Shown: positions 1 to 12,816 of the stretch, piece by piece
How the letters are laid out: every line of letters begins with the position of its first letter
Numbering within the stretch: position 1 is the stretch's first letter
Source: Acinetobacter phage Acj61
Strand: one strand, 5' to 3'
Length of the DNA: 64,000 nt
Sequence record: GU911519.1
Translations under genes and position numbers: made by a program
Notes under the pieces: model-generated
The model's database searches: none
What the model saw: the letters and a program-made list of their open reading frames with translations, nothing else
Told to the model about the DNA's origin: nothing

Positions 1-608
1 CTGCAAGCCCAATGATCGTTGAAGGAAAACCAGGTGAATGCGTAGTGTTTGTGAACACAAATGGCTCATTCTCTGTCAATAGTCCACTTTCAATTGGCGT
101 TGCTTCTGGTTCATTTGTTGGAGTTCAAGGCGCATTAAATATTACTGTACCATTTGCACGAGTCGAATGCTGGTGTATCAAGAAAGAGAATGGCGTTGCT
201 GTTTGGGATTATTCTGTTTCGTCATTATTTGGTGACAAACAAACTCCAATCAACAAAACTGTTGCTGTTACAGGTGCCGAATCCAAAGTTCGAATTGCAC
301 ACGTGGATGAGTACAACACAATCAAATTGATGCTAACAGCTATGAACACAAATAGTTCAAAAATGCGTCAATCCGAAATTAACTTACTGATCGAAAACAC
401 ACCAGGTATTGAGCACACAAAGAAAAAGGTTCATGCAACTGAGTTCGCAGTTTTCCGAGTTGGAAACATCAATGAAGATGATGAGATCATCAAAATTGGA
501 TTCGATATCGATGCGAATGGATTCGTCAATGCTGTAGTGTCATCATCAGTAGCAGGTATTAAACTTGCAATCAAGAGTATTGCAACACAGAGAGTTGGAG
601 CTGCATAA
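1..608 (+). CDS. gp9: baseplate wedge protein gp9, 3' part (the ORF runs off the left edge of the window with no stop upstream in frame)
   Basis: Its position immediately upstream of gp10 matches T4 synteny 9-10-11-12. The window holds 198+ aa, compatible with the C-terminal two thirds of the 288-aa gp9. No motif-level confirmation was possible. Confidence 0.45.
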   Translation, partial: ASPMIVEGKPGECVVFVNTNGSFSVNSPLSIGVASGSFVGVQGALNITVPFARVECWCIKKENGVAVWDYSVSSLFGDKQTPINKTVAVTGAESKVRIAHVDEYNTIKLMLTAMNTNSSKMRQSEINLLIENTPGIEHTKKKVHATEFAVFRVGNINEDDEIIKIGFDIDANGFVNAVVSSSVAGIKLAIKSIATQRVGAA

Positions 609-2410
609 TGAAGCAAAATTTAAACGTCGGTAACATGGTCGATGATGGTACAGGTGACTACCTACGTGAAGGTGGTTTGAAGCTCAATAACAACTTCGAT
701 GACTTGTATTTTGAACTCGGTGATGGGACTAATCCACATCCAGCTGGTGCTTGGAAAACTACAAAATCAAATGTGGTAACTGCTGCATTTGGTAAGTCAT
801 ATGCTCTTGATACATCATCAAATGCTATCCAAGTCAAGCTTCCTAAAGGCACAACAGCTGATTACAACAAAGTAATTCGTATTCGTGACGTGTTCGGTAC
901 ATGGCAGACTAATGCTGTTACATTGACTCCTGGTTCTGGCGATACACTCAAAGGTGATGCTGGTTCTAAAGTGTTCCAAGTCAATCTTACAGACTTAGAA
1001 CTTGTCTATTGTGCTCCTGGTCGCTGGGAATACATTGCAAACAAGCAATTGAACAAAATTTCAAATGGCGACGTAGCAACAGTTATTCGTAAAGAGTACA
1101 TCGCAACAGCAGGTCAAACTGACTTTTTAGACATCTTTGGCGGTAACATGTTCAATACATCGAACACTCAAGTTTATCGTCGTGGTAACTTGTTGTTCTA
1201 TGGTGACACGTTCACTGACAATTCTGACTATGGTTCTGTAGGACCTGGTGCAACGATCACTGAACTTGATGGCGTGAATATTCGTTTGCGTACACCTTGT
1301 GAAGAAGGCGATGCATTGATTGTAATTACATACTTAGATGGAATTGCACAATGGCGTTCAACGTACAATCGTTTGTCTGCTACTCTTTTAGACATCAAAC
1401 AAACCAATGGCGTTACGAATCCTGGCTCACAAATCGTTGCTGATCTTTCAACATTGAAAGAAATCAAAGTTGCTGATCTTGGTTACGCGTTGACATCAAA
1501 CACTGGTTTGATTAACCCTAACACATTCGAAGTCTATGTCAACGGTGTTATTTTGAATGAAGCAGGTCGAGCTGGCTTACCAGTTTTCCGCTGTGAAGGT
1601 GCATCAGCACTAAACAAAGATGACTGTGAACTTCAAAATAGTGTATGGGTAGAATCTCACACAGACTATACGTTTGAACAAGATGATGCTGGTGGTATTG
1701 AAACAATCAAATTTGACCGTACTTTCGAGCATGGCGATGTATTGATGATCAAATGGTACAATAATGACATTGGTACCACAATGACTATTGATGAAATTCT
1801 TGATGTTACAGACCCTCGATACATCAACCGTGGTCCACAGATTGAATTGACAGGCACAGTACGTGTAACTGACTACAACAAACCTCAATGGCCAAACGTT
1901 GAAGCAAATGGTAACACAGTAGTTGATGTCTCATCACCATCAAATATTTTCGATTTGATTTATCCAGTCGGAACTATCTACGAAAATGCTATCAACCCAA
2001 ATAACCCTGTTACGTACATGGGCTTTGGTTCATGGAAGCTTTGGGGAGAGAAACAAGTCACTGTCGGTTGGACTCAAGATACGCAAGACACGCTCTTTGG
2101 TTTAAATAATAATGACATTGATTCAAATGGCAACCCTAGCCATACAGCTGGTGGTACTGGTGGAAATCGAAACGTCACATTGACAAACGATAACTTGCCA
2201 CGAACTCAGACTGATGAGAAAGTACTTGTCGTTGATGCAAATGGTCCTATCATTGTAGGTGGATGTCAATTCGATCCTGGTGAAAGTGGTCCTGCATACG
2301 ATAAATATCGTGAAGCAAATGCAGTTACAAATGCTACACATACTCCTCCAACTGAGATCAGTGTAGTTCAGCCATACATCACAGTTTATCGTTGGATGAG
2401 GATTTCTTAA
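608..2410 (+). CDS. gp10: baseplate wedge subunit / tail pin gp10
   Basis: 600 aa, versus 602 aa for T4 gp10. It lies between gp9 and gp11, and its TAATG stop/start overlaps the gp11 start. Confidence 0.75.
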   Translation: MKQNLNVGNMVDDGTGDYLREGGLKLNNNFDDLYFELGDGTNPHPAGAWKTTKSNVVTAAFGKSYALDTSSNAIQVKLPKGTTADYNKVIRIRDVFGTWQTNAVTLTPGSGDTLKGDAGSKVFQVNLTDLELVYCAPGRWEYIANKQLNKISNGDVATVIRKEYIATAGQTDFLDIFGGNMFNTSNTQVYRRGNLLFYGDTFTDNSDYGSVGPGATITELDGVNIRLRTPCEEGDALIVITYLDGIAQWRSTYNRLSATLLDIKQTNGVTNPGSQIVADLSTLKEIKVADLGYALTSNTGLINPNTFEVYVNGVILNEAGRAGLPVFRCEGASALNKDDCELQNSVWVESHTDYTFEQDDAGGIETIKFDRTFEHGDVLMIKWYNNDIGTTMTIDEILDVTDPRYINRGPQIELTGTVRVTDYNKPQWPNVEANGNTVVDVSSPSNIFDLIYPVGTIYENAINPNNPVTYMGFGSWKLWGEKQVTVGWTQDTQDTLFGLNNNDIDSNGNPSHTAGGTGGNRNVTLTNDNLPRTQTDEKVLVVDANGPIIVGGCQFDPGESGPAYDKYREANAVTNATHTPPTEISVVQPYITVYRWMRIS

Positions 2411-3066
2411 TGAGCAAAAATCAAACATTATCTCAAAACTCTACTCGTGATGCAAATCATCACGAGTTTACTGTCGATCAGAATAGCATCATCGTTGCTA
2501 ACACGCAGCCATATGGTGCTGTTGCAATCGAACAAGTTGCAAAAGGTGTCAATTATCCAAACGTTCAATCAGCCATCGATGACATGGCTGCTCTGTTCAT
2601 TTTGCCGGTAAACACAATTCTTACTACTTCAGATGGTATCAGCCCTGCAGGTGTATCACAAATTGATCAGTTCAAATTCACTGGAACTGTTCGTGCTGAT
2701 GGCAAAACCACAGGTCAAAAGACAATCATTAACTTCTATGGATTCTACACAGAAGTTACAATTGGCGATACCGCTGAAGAAGCTGCATCGAAGATCAAGT
2801 TCACACTTGAACAGGCTGCTCAAAAGGGAATTGCTATTGCCGAAGTTACGACTGGTGCGACACTCGACATTCTCCAATTACGTTACTCAGATTTCAAAAC
2901 TCACAATTTGAAACCTTACTCAGATCAAGGCATCACAATCACTCCAACGACCGCTACACCTGCTAAAGCTGGTTATGGTATGTGGACAAAGATTGGTACT
3001 GAAACTCGTACACTCGATGCTGCGACAGGTCCTGTAACATTCTACTACTTCCGAAGAGATAACTAA
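2410..3066 (+). CDS. gp11: baseplate wedge / tail pin gp11
   Basis: 218 aa from the ATG at 2410, versus 219 aa for T4 gp11. The C-terminal TFYYFRR resembles T4 TVFYHFER. The track start at 2392 lies inside gp10. The real start is the ATG that overlaps the gp10 stop. Confidence 0.75.
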   Translation: MSKNQTLSQNSTRDANHHEFTVDQNSIIVANTQPYGAVAIEQVAKGVNYPNVQSAIDDMAALFILPVNTILTTSDGISPAGVSQIDQFKFTGTVRADGKTTGQKTIINFYGFYTEVTIGDTAEEAASKIKFTLEQAAQKGIAIAEVTTGATLDILQLRYSDFKTHNLKPYSDQGITITPTTATPAKAGYGMWTKIGTETRTLDAATGPVTFYYFRRDN

Positions 3067-4571
3067 TGGCTCAAAATAATACTTTTAAGCATATTTCTGA
3101 CGAGTCAAAGTATTCGATTTTTAACCCAGCAGGGACTCAGTTCCCTGCTTCTGTTAAGAACGTTCAAGAAGCTTTGGCTCTCACATCACCTACCAGCCCA
3201 GCTACAGAGCAGGCGTATGGCGTTATCAAACTATCTACTCTTCAACAAGTTATGGATGGTACTGATGACACGACTGCTGTTACACCACTCAAGTTGAATC
3301 AACGTTTGCAATATCCTGATGCTACCACTGCTCAGAAAGGTATCATTCAAGTTGCAACAAATGATGAAGCTCTTGCTGGTACTTCAACAAATAAAGCTAT
3401 TGTTGCATCATCACTCAAATATGTTAATGATTGGAATTTCGCTAATCGTACATCAACTGAAAATGCAAATGGCGTTCTAAAACTTTCAACAGAAGCTGCT
3501 GCAAAGGCTGGTACCGACCATACAACAGCAATGACTCCATTACGAGTTCATCAAGCTATTGCCGAAGCAACTAAACTTATCCCGTCATATACGACAGCAA
3601 CTGAAACTGTCGCAGGTCTTGTTCAGTTGGCAACAGCAGGTCAAGTCCAACAAGGTACTTTACGAGCAGGCGTAGCTGTTTCTCCATACTCATTAGCTCA
3701 ATTGACCGGTAATGATACACGTCGTGGTATTGTTCAGGCTGCAACTTTGGCTCAAGCTAATGCTGGTACTGATCACGGAGTATACATCTCTGCTGCTGGA
3801 TTCCGAAATTTCAATGCCACAATCAACACATTTGGTACAGTCAAATTAACTGACGTTCCGGGTCAAGGTGGAGCTGGTACTGCATTGAGTTCAAATGCAC
3901 AAGTACTTCGATTGGCTGAAGGTTCTCAAACTGTTACAGGTAATGTAAACATCAATGGTGCTCTGTCTGAAAATGGCAAACGTTTGGTAAATGAAGACAT
4001 CTTAGATGATCATATGCCTATCGGTGCTGTTATGATGTGGACTGCTGATACATTGCCAAGTTCAAAATGGGCTATTTGTGATGGCGGTTCAGAGAACAAA
4101 GATACCCGAGCTATTTTGTTCCAGCGTATTGGATACAAGTATGGCGGTGGTGGCAACTTGTTCAAACGCCCTGACTTGCGTGGTCTTTTTGTACGTGGTG
4201 CTGGCACGGGCCAAGACATCTTGGATGCACGCGGATATGACAATAAAAATAAACCTCTTTTAGGTAATGGTTGTGATGGCGGTTACCTAGGACAAGTTCA
4301 AAAGCAACAGATTGCTGAACACAAACACGCAACCGGTTGGGGAGAACGATACACCGGTAATGAAGCACGATATGGACGATCTGCTGGTACAGGCTACTAT
4401 GGTTCTGCGAAATCCGACTGGGACAACTTCATGTACTTCACAAACGACGGATACGAAATCGACGCTGACTGGCAACGAAGCGAAGTAAGTACATTAAACC
4501 GTAAAGATTTGATTGGTACTGAAGTTCGTCCATGGAATATGTCTCTTTATTACATTATCAAGGTAGCTTAA
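3066..4571 (+). CDS. gp12: short tail fibre gp12
   Basis: 501 aa, versus 527 aa for T4 gp12. The N-terminal two thirds is built of reiterated approximately 28-aa fibre repeats (GVIKLSTLQQV..TTAVTPLKL, GIIQVATNDEA..AIVASSLKY, GVLKLSTEAAAKAGTDHTTAMTPLRV and others). The C-terminus is glycine-rich and globular. Confidence 0.85.
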   Translation: MAQNNTFKHISDESKYSIFNPAGTQFPASVKNVQEALALTSPTSPATEQAYGVIKLSTLQQVMDGTDDTTAVTPLKLNQRLQYPDATTAQKGIIQVATNDEALAGTSTNKAIVASSLKYVNDWNFANRTSTENANGVLKLSTEAAAKAGTDHTTAMTPLRVHQAIAEATKLIPSYTTATETVAGLVQLATAGQVQQGTLRAGVAVSPYSLAQLTGNDTRRGIVQAATLAQANAGTDHGVYISAAGFRNFNATINTFGTVKLTDVPGQGGAGTALSSNAQVLRLAEGSQTVTGNVNINGALSENGKRLVNEDILDDHMPIGAVMMWTADTLPSSKWAICDGGSENKDTRAILFQRIGYKYGGGGNLFKRPDLRGLFVRGAGTGQDILDARGYDNKNKPLLGNGCDGGYLGQVQKQQIAEHKHATGWGERYTGNEARYGRSAGTGYYGSAKSDWDNFMYFTNDGYEIDADWQRSEVSTLNRKDLIGTEVRPWNMSLYYIIKVA

Positions 4572-5822
4572 ATGATTGCATTACACAAAATCCCATTCGT
4601 AACTGGTCTTCCAGACGATGGTCAAAAAAGTATCACTTGGGTTCGCAATGGCGAACTCTTGGAAGGTGCTTCAACTAAAAAAGGACATGATGGAGTATTG
4701 AATGCTGCAGGTGTCCAAATTCAAGAAAACGTCGTTGTATTGGACGAGAATCTTCGTCTAATCTCTGGCACACTGGATGTGTCAAACGAAAAAATCGAAA
4801 AGATTGAAGAAATTCTTGCTGTCACAGGTAACCTTGATTTGGTCGAACAAGTTAAGAAAAATACCGAGTCAATTGAAGGAATCAATTTCCATTTAGAACA
4901 AACCAATGAGCGTGTCGATCGTATCAGTGCTGATAGTTCACAATTGGTTCTTGATGTTGGTACACGAACAATCAGTTCAGGTACTCGTACCATTTTTGAT
5001 GACTTAGTTTTTGTCAAGTCTACTATTGGACAGAACACAGGCGAAGACATCAATGGTAACACAGTTCCAGGTAATGAAGCAACAGGTCTGACACGTAAAG
5101 TACTCGATGTTACAAAACAGTCACTGAAAAACAAAGATGACGTAGCAATCGTTTCTGCTATTGTTGAATCAGCTGACTTGCCTCAATTGATTGCTAATGA
5201 TGCTCAAATTCGTGCTGAACTTGGTACAAAACCTGTCGATCCAAATGTTCCACCAATCTATTTCCGAATCAACACATTGGAAAATTCTCATATTGAGAAT
5301 AAAGACAAGATTGCTGAAATCTCAACAGAAATTGGACTCGGTGCACGTCATATTGGTACTGAAGTGACATCAAACACAACTCGAATTTTGGCTCTTGAGG
5401 GTACAATCAACACTCCTTCAACAGGTTTGAAACCTCGTGTTGAAGTTCTTGAAGCTACTATTGCTACACCTGGTACAGGCCTCTCAGATCGAGTTGCTAA
5501 GAACACACTTGATATCTCAACAATAAATACAAAAATCGATACCGAACTTACAACAAACATTAAAAACGTTTCAGATTTCGTAGGTTATGGCACTGTTCCT
5601 GCTCCAAAAACATCACTTGCTGGCAAATTGGACACATTGACTGCTCTTCATAACGATACGGCAGCATCAGTACAAGATTTGCAAGTTGAGATTGGAAACA
5701 ACTCAAGTGGTATGAAGGCGGACATCAAGAAACTTCAAGATTCTGTAGCTGCACAAGCTCTAGAAATTAAAGCAATTGATGCTCGATTAAAACTTGTAGA
5801 AGATAAAGTCGCAAATCTTTAA
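4572..5822 (+). CDS. wac: fibritin (whisker/neck fibre) Wac
   Basis: 416 aa. The sequence is coiled-coil throughout and heptad-like, rich in E, K, L and I. It lies between gp12 and gp13 exactly as in T4. A GC hairpin follows at 5830-5843. Confidence 0.8.
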   Translation: MIALHKIPFVTGLPDDGQKSITWVRNGELLEGASTKKGHDGVLNAAGVQIQENVVVLDENLRLISGTLDVSNEKIEKIEEILAVTGNLDLVEQVKKNTESIEGINFHLEQTNERVDRISADSSQLVLDVGTRTISSGTRTIFDDLVFVKSTIGQNTGEDINGNTVPGNEATGLTRKVLDVTKQSLKNKDDVAIVSAIVESADLPQLIANDAQIRAELGTKPVDPNVPPIYFRINTLENSHIENKDKIAEISTEIGLGARHIGTEVTSNTTRILALEGTINTPSTGLKPRVEVLEATIATPGTGLSDRVAKNTLDISTINTKIDTELTTNIKNVSDFVGYGTVPAPKTSLAGKLDTLTALHNDTAASVQDLQVEIGNNSSGMKADIKKLQDSVAAQALEIKAIDARLKLVEDKVANL

Positions 5823-5854
5823 GGCGATAGGGCCTTCGGGCCCATTGAGGTATT

Positions 5855-6784
5855 ATGTTTACAGAACCAAAAAATCCACAACAGCTAAAGGACTATATCC
5901 TTGAACGACTTGGTGCTCCGATTATCAATATCGAAGTCACAGAATCTCAAGTATATCAATGCATACAACGTTCTCTAGAGCTGTTTGGTGAATATCACTA
6001 TAATGGACTCAACCGAACTTTCAAAGTAATCTACATTGGCGAAGATGAAAAATGGAAAGACGGCGTGTTCGACCTTCAAGACGACAATATTTTTGCTGTT
6101 ACAAAGATTCTTCGTTCAAACACGTCTATGACAAGTTTAATGACAATGGATGGTTCAGCAACTTATCCATGGGCTCAAGACTTTATTTTAGGCATGACTG
6201 GATTCAATGGCGGTAACTCATGTTCTCGTACATTTGGTCCTAACATGTTTGGTGGCGAGCTTGGTTATTTCACAATGATCATGCAGTACTGGAATTTGAT
6301 GCAGAAGATGTTCAATCCAGAGCCTGACTATTGGTACAATGACACAACAGGTCAATTGAAAATCATTGGCAATTTCAAGAAAAATGATTTCTTAGTTCTT
6401 GAAGTATGGACTAAAGCATTTGTTGATACCGAACGTTCAGTTGGAGCTTATGCTGGCTATGGCTATGCTGGCTCACAACAAACGAATAATTGGGGAGTTT
6501 CAGACATTTATGATAATGCTGATCGTCAACAAACCGGTTATTACGCAGGTGAGGAATCAAGTTTGAAACATGGAGCGTTCAATAATCGCTGGGTTAAAGA
6601 CTATGCAACATGTCTAGTTAAGTACACGAATGGCCAAATTCTTGCCAAGCATCAAGGCATGGCATTACCAGGCGGTACAACAGTCGATGGAGTTCGATTG
6701 ATTGATGAGGCTGAACGAGAAATGCTTCGATTACGAGAAGAGCTCGATTCATTGTCACCAGGCTGCCCAATCTTAATAGGATAA
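5855..6784 (+). CDS. gp13: neck protein gp13
   Basis: 309 aa, identical in length to T4 gp13. Synteny is wac-13-14. Confidence 0.8.
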   Translation: MFTEPKNPQQLKDYILERLGAPIINIEVTESQVYQCIQRSLELFGEYHYNGLNRTFKVIYIGEDEKWKDGVFDLQDDNIFAVTKILRSNTSMTSLMTMDGSATYPWAQDFILGMTGFNGGNSCSRTFGPNMFGGELGYFTMIMQYWNLMQKMFNPEPDYWYNDTTGQLKIIGNFKKNDFLVLEVWTKAFVDTERSVGAYAGYGYAGSQQTNNWGVSDIYDNADRQQTGYYAGEESSLKHGAFNNRWVKDYATCLVKYTNGQILAKHQGMALPGGTTVDGVRLIDEAEREMLRLREELDSLSPGCPILIG

Positions 6785-6787
6785 ATT

Positions 6788-7555
6788 ATGAACACATACG
6801 ATAGTTCACTGTTTGCTAAACTCGGAAACGACACAGGCTACAATCAAACTAATGTTCACAACATCCTCAATCCATACGTAAACTTCCATAAATTTGAAAA
6901 CACTCAAACTCTTCAAGACGCATTGGTTGCAGAATCAGTGCAGATGAGAGGAGTTGAGTGTTACTATTTGCCTCGTGAATTTGCTAATCTTGATTTGCTG
7001 TTCGGTGAAGACCCACAATCAAAATTCAACAAAGCATGGAAATTTGCAGCATATCTACAGTCATTCGAAAATTATAGTGGCTCAAATACTTTCTTTGGAA
7101 AGTTTGGTATGCAGGTCAATGATGAAGTAACATTAGCTATCAATCCAAACTTGTTCAAACACCAATGTAATGGCAAAGAGCCTATCGAAGGTGATTTGAT
7201 CTATTTCGCAATGGACAATTCATTGTTTGAAATCACTTGGGTTGAGCCTTACGATCCATTCTACCAAGTCGGTAAGAACGCAATTCGACGTATAACAGCA
7301 CAAAAATTCATCTACTCAGGTGAAGAGATCAAACCAGAGCTGCAACGAAATGAAGGAATCCACATCCCGGAATTTGATGAGCTTGAACTCAATCCAATCC
7401 ATAATCTCAATGGACGCGCTGACATTTACGAAGACGAGTTCCAAGAATCAAAATTGCTTCAAAAAGAATCGAGTGAATTTGTTCAGCCACATGTTGTCAT
7501 CAACAACAGAGGAACTGAAGCAACTCCATTTGACGATGACTTTATGAGCATGTAA
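6788..7555 (+). CDS. gp14: neck protein gp14
   Basis: 255 aa, versus 256 aa for T4 gp14. It is supported by synteny. Confidence 0.8.
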   Translation: MNTYDSSLFAKLGNDTGYNQTNVHNILNPYVNFHKFENTQTLQDALVAESVQMRGVECYYLPREFANLDLLFGEDPQSKFNKAWKFAAYLQSFENYSGSNTFFGKFGMQVNDEVTLAINPNLFKHQCNGKEPIEGDLIYFAMDNSLFEITWVEPYDPFYQVGKNAIRRITAQKFIYSGEEIKPELQRNEGIHIPEFDELELNPIHNLNGRADIYEDEFQESKLLQKESSEFVQPHVVINNRGTEATPFDDDFMSM

Positions 7556-7562
7556 CAGCATT

Positions 7563-7570
7563 TATAAATA
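7563..7570 (+). promoter_or_regulatory. T4-type late promoter TATAAATA for gp15, followed by a 7-bp-stem hairpin at 7571-7593
   Basis: An exact TATAAATA lies 36 nt upstream of the gp15 ATG. The inverted repeat CCTATTAC/GTAATAGG sits immediately downstream. Confidence 0.6.
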
Positions 7571-7605
7571 CCTATTACAGAGACGTAATAGGTATAGGAG
7601 GCGCC

Positions 7606-8429
7606 ATGTTTGGCTATTGGTACAATTCTGCGATGAGACGTTACATCGTCATGATGGGAGATTTGTTTTCACATGTCCAAGTCATGCGTCGCCGAGATGA
7701 TAAGATTGAACTTCAACGAGTTCCTATCACTTATGCATCAAAAGAACGATTCGTAGAAAAATTAAGAGCGATCACATCAGTCAATTCTGAGATGCCGATT
7801 GCTAAAGTAGAAACTATTCTGCCGCGCATGTCACTTCACTTAGTTGACATCGTATACAATGCACCGTATAAGACGAACATTCAAAATCGCTTGGTGCGAA
7901 ATAAGCCAGGTTCTATTGAGACGATTTCTCAGTACAACCCAACGCCAGTCAAAATGATTTTCGAACTCGGTATTTTTACTCGTCATCAAGACGACATGTT
8001 CCAAATCATTGAACAAATTTTTCCATACTTCCAACCACACTTTAATGTTAAGATGACTGAATTGCATCAGAATGACATTAAAATCGATCGTGATATTCGA
8101 GTTGTGTTGCAATCAACAGCAATTGATGAAATGATCGAAACCGACAATTTAACACGTCGTCGATTGGAATGGACACTAATTTTCGAAGTCAATGGATGGA
8201 TTTATCCACCAGTTGCAGACATCGAAGGTGAAATTCGTACGATTTATCTCGATTTCTTTTCAAACGAAAAAGAACTCTCGCCAGAAGGCAGTTTTGAATC
8301 AGTTGACTTCCAAGTCGACCCAGTAGATTCATCACGTGAGGAGTGGGAGAAAAATCGTAAAGTTATAACCTCTCAGAGCGCTGGAAAACCAATTCCACAA
8401 GACCCTGAGCCACCACATGTGAGAGAGCC

Positions 8430-8433
<4 letters not shown>
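7606..8433 (+). CDS. gp15: tail sheath stabiliser / tail completion protein gp15
   Basis: 275 aa, versus 272 aa for T4 gp15. It is supported by synteny and its own late promoter. Confidence 0.8.
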
Positions 8434-10750
<2,317 letters not shown>

Positions 10751-10782
10751 TTGAAAAAGCACTCAAATTAAGAGGATTAATA

Positions 10783-12765
10783 ATGCCTTTATTATCTCCG
10801 GGCGTTGAGCTCAAAGAAAATACCACACAAAGCACAGTGGTTCAAAACGCTACTGGTCGTGCAGCTATGGCCGGTAAGTTCCAATGGGGTCCAGCATTCC
10901 AAGTCATCCAAGTTACAAACGAAGTTGAACTTGTTGAAATGTTCGGTCAACCAGACACTCATACTTCTGACTATTTCTTGTCAGCATCAAACTTCTTAGC
11001 GTATGGTAATGACCTTCGTATCGTTCGTGTCGTTAACGTCGAAACAGCTAAGAACGCATCGCCTTTAACCGGTAACCTTAATTGGACAATCACTGCTGGA
11101 GGTTCGAACTATGCTGTTGGTGATACAGTTCGTGTAAAATATCTCACAACTGTTGTTGAACCTGCTGGTAAAGTTACAAAAGTCGACCGTGATGGTAAAA
11201 TTTTGTCTGTGTTCATCCCAAGTGCAAAAATTTCGCAATATGCTAAATCGATTAGCCAATTCCCAGCCCTTAGTGATTCTTGGACAGTTGAGATCGTTTC
11301 AACAGGTTCTGGTATCTCAGGCGCAATCACTGTAGGTGAAGTTGTTACTGATTCTGGAATTATTTTGACAGACCCAGACACATCACTTGAAACCGTGAAC
11401 AGCACTAAGTTCCAAACCGCTATCAAAAAATACGAAATGCCTTCAATCGTTGCATTGTATCCAGGTGAGACTGGTGATCAACTTGAAGTAGAAGTAATTT
11501 CTAAAGATGGTTATGAAGCCGGCGCTGGTAAAGAACTCAACATCTATCCAGATGGCGGTACTCGTACTTCAACAGCAAAAGCAGTATTTGGTTATGGTCC
11601 ACAAACTGAAAACCAATATGCGTTGATCGTTCGTCGTAATGATGCAATCGTTGAGTCAGTTGTTCTTTCAACAGTACGCGGTGAAAAAGACGTGTATGGC
11701 AACAACATCTTCATGGATGACTACTTTGCTAAAGGTTCATCAAACTTCATTTTCGCATCATCAATGAACTGGCCTAAAGGCTTCTCAGGTATTGTGAAAT
11801 TACGTGGTGGTGTATCTGCAAATGATAAAGTTACTGCAGGCGATTTGATGCTTGGTTGGGACAAATTCGTTGATCGCGAAGCATTGTTCGTAAACTTGCT
11901 TATCGCTGGTTCATGCGCTGGTGAATCTGATGAAGTTGCTTCAACAGTTCAGAAACACGTAGTTGCTATTGCTGATGAACGTCAAGATGTATTGGCTCTT
12001 GTATCACCTCCATGTGGCACAATTGTTAATGTACCTCTTATTCGTGCTGTTGATAACCTTATCGATTGGCGTACAGGTCAAGGTACTTATGATACAGCAA
12101 ACATGAACATTGGTTCAACTTACGTTGAAATTGATGGTAACTACAAGTACCAATACGACAAATATAATGACGTGAACCGTTGGGTTCCATTGGCAGCTGA
12201 TATTGCTGGTTTATGTGCTCGTACAGACAACGTATCACAGCCTTGGATGTCACCAGCTGGTTATAACCGTGGTCAAATCTTGAACTGCATCAAATTGGCT
12301 ATCGAACCTCGTCAAGCACAACGTGATCGTTTGTATCAAGAAGGAATCAACCCAGTGACTGGCTTCTCTGGTGGTGATGGCTTCATTCTATTTGGTGATA
12401 AGACAGCTACAAAAGCTCCTACACCATTCGATCGTATCAACGTTCGTCGTTTGTTCAACATGCTCAAGAAAAACATTGGCGATGCTTCAAAATATCGTTT
12501 GTTTGAGATGAATGACGCGTTCACTCGTAGTTCATTCCGTATGGAGACATCTCAATACTTAAGTGGTATTAAAGCATTGGGTGGTATCTATGACTTCCGA
12601 GTTGTATGTGATACTACTAACAACACGCCTGCAGTTATTGATCGTAATGAATTTGTTGCTACGTTTTATATCAAACCGGCGCGGTCGATTAATTACATCA
12701 CTCTTAACTTTGTTGCAACTGCAACAAGTGCAGACTTTGACGAGTTGATTGGCACAAATAATTAA
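10783..12765 (+). CDS. gp18: contractile tail sheath protein gp18
   Basis: 660 aa, versus 659 aa for T4 gp18. An AGGATTAA RBS precedes it. Synteny is 17-18-19. Confidence 0.9.
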   Translation: MPLLSPGVELKENTTQSTVVQNATGRAAMAGKFQWGPAFQVIQVTNEVELVEMFGQPDTHTSDYFLSASNFLAYGNDLRIVRVVNVETAKNASPLTGNLNWTITAGGSNYAVGDTVRVKYLTTVVEPAGKVTKVDRDGKILSVFIPSAKISQYAKSISQFPALSDSWTVEIVSTGSGISGAITVGEVVTDSGIILTDPDTSLETVNSTKFQTAIKKYEMPSIVALYPGETGDQLEVEVISKDGYEAGAGKELNIYPDGGTRTSTAKAVFGYGPQTENQYALIVRRNDAIVESVVLSTVRGEKDVYGNNIFMDDYFAKGSSNFIFASSMNWPKGFSGIVKLRGGVSANDKVTAGDLMLGWDKFVDREALFVNLLIAGSCAGESDEVASTVQKHVVAIADERQDVLALVSPPCGTIVNVPLIRAVDNLIDWRTGQGTYDTANMNIGSTYVEIDGNYKYQYDKYNDVNRWVPLAADIAGLCARTDNVSQPWMSPAGYNRGQILNCIKLAIEPRQAQRDRLYQEGINPVTGFSGGDGFILFGDKTATKAPTPFDRINVRRLFNMLKKNIGDASKYRLFEMNDAFTRSSFRMETSQYLSGIKALGGIYDFRVVCDTTNNTPAVIDRNEFVATFYIKPARSINYITLNFVATATSADFDELIGTNN

Positions 12766-12772
12766 TCTTGAT

Positions 12773-12803
12773 GGCTCTCTATAAATAATCAATATAGAGA
12801 GCC
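12773..12803 (+). promoter_or_regulatory. perfect 11-bp inverted repeat GGCTCTCTATA/TATAGAGAGCC carrying a late promoter TATAAATA (12780-12787) that spans its 5' arm and loop. It is a probable gp18 terminator plus promoter for the HNH gene.
   Basis: The structure was read directly. It has an 11-bp stem and 9-nt loop and lies 8 nt after the gp18 stop and 14 nt before the HNH ATG. Confidence 0.55.
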
Positions 12804-12816
12804 TATTGAGATAGAG

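Noticed and set aside
4721-5134. 137-aa minus-strand ORF inside wac
   Set aside because: It is antisense to fibritin and has no signals.
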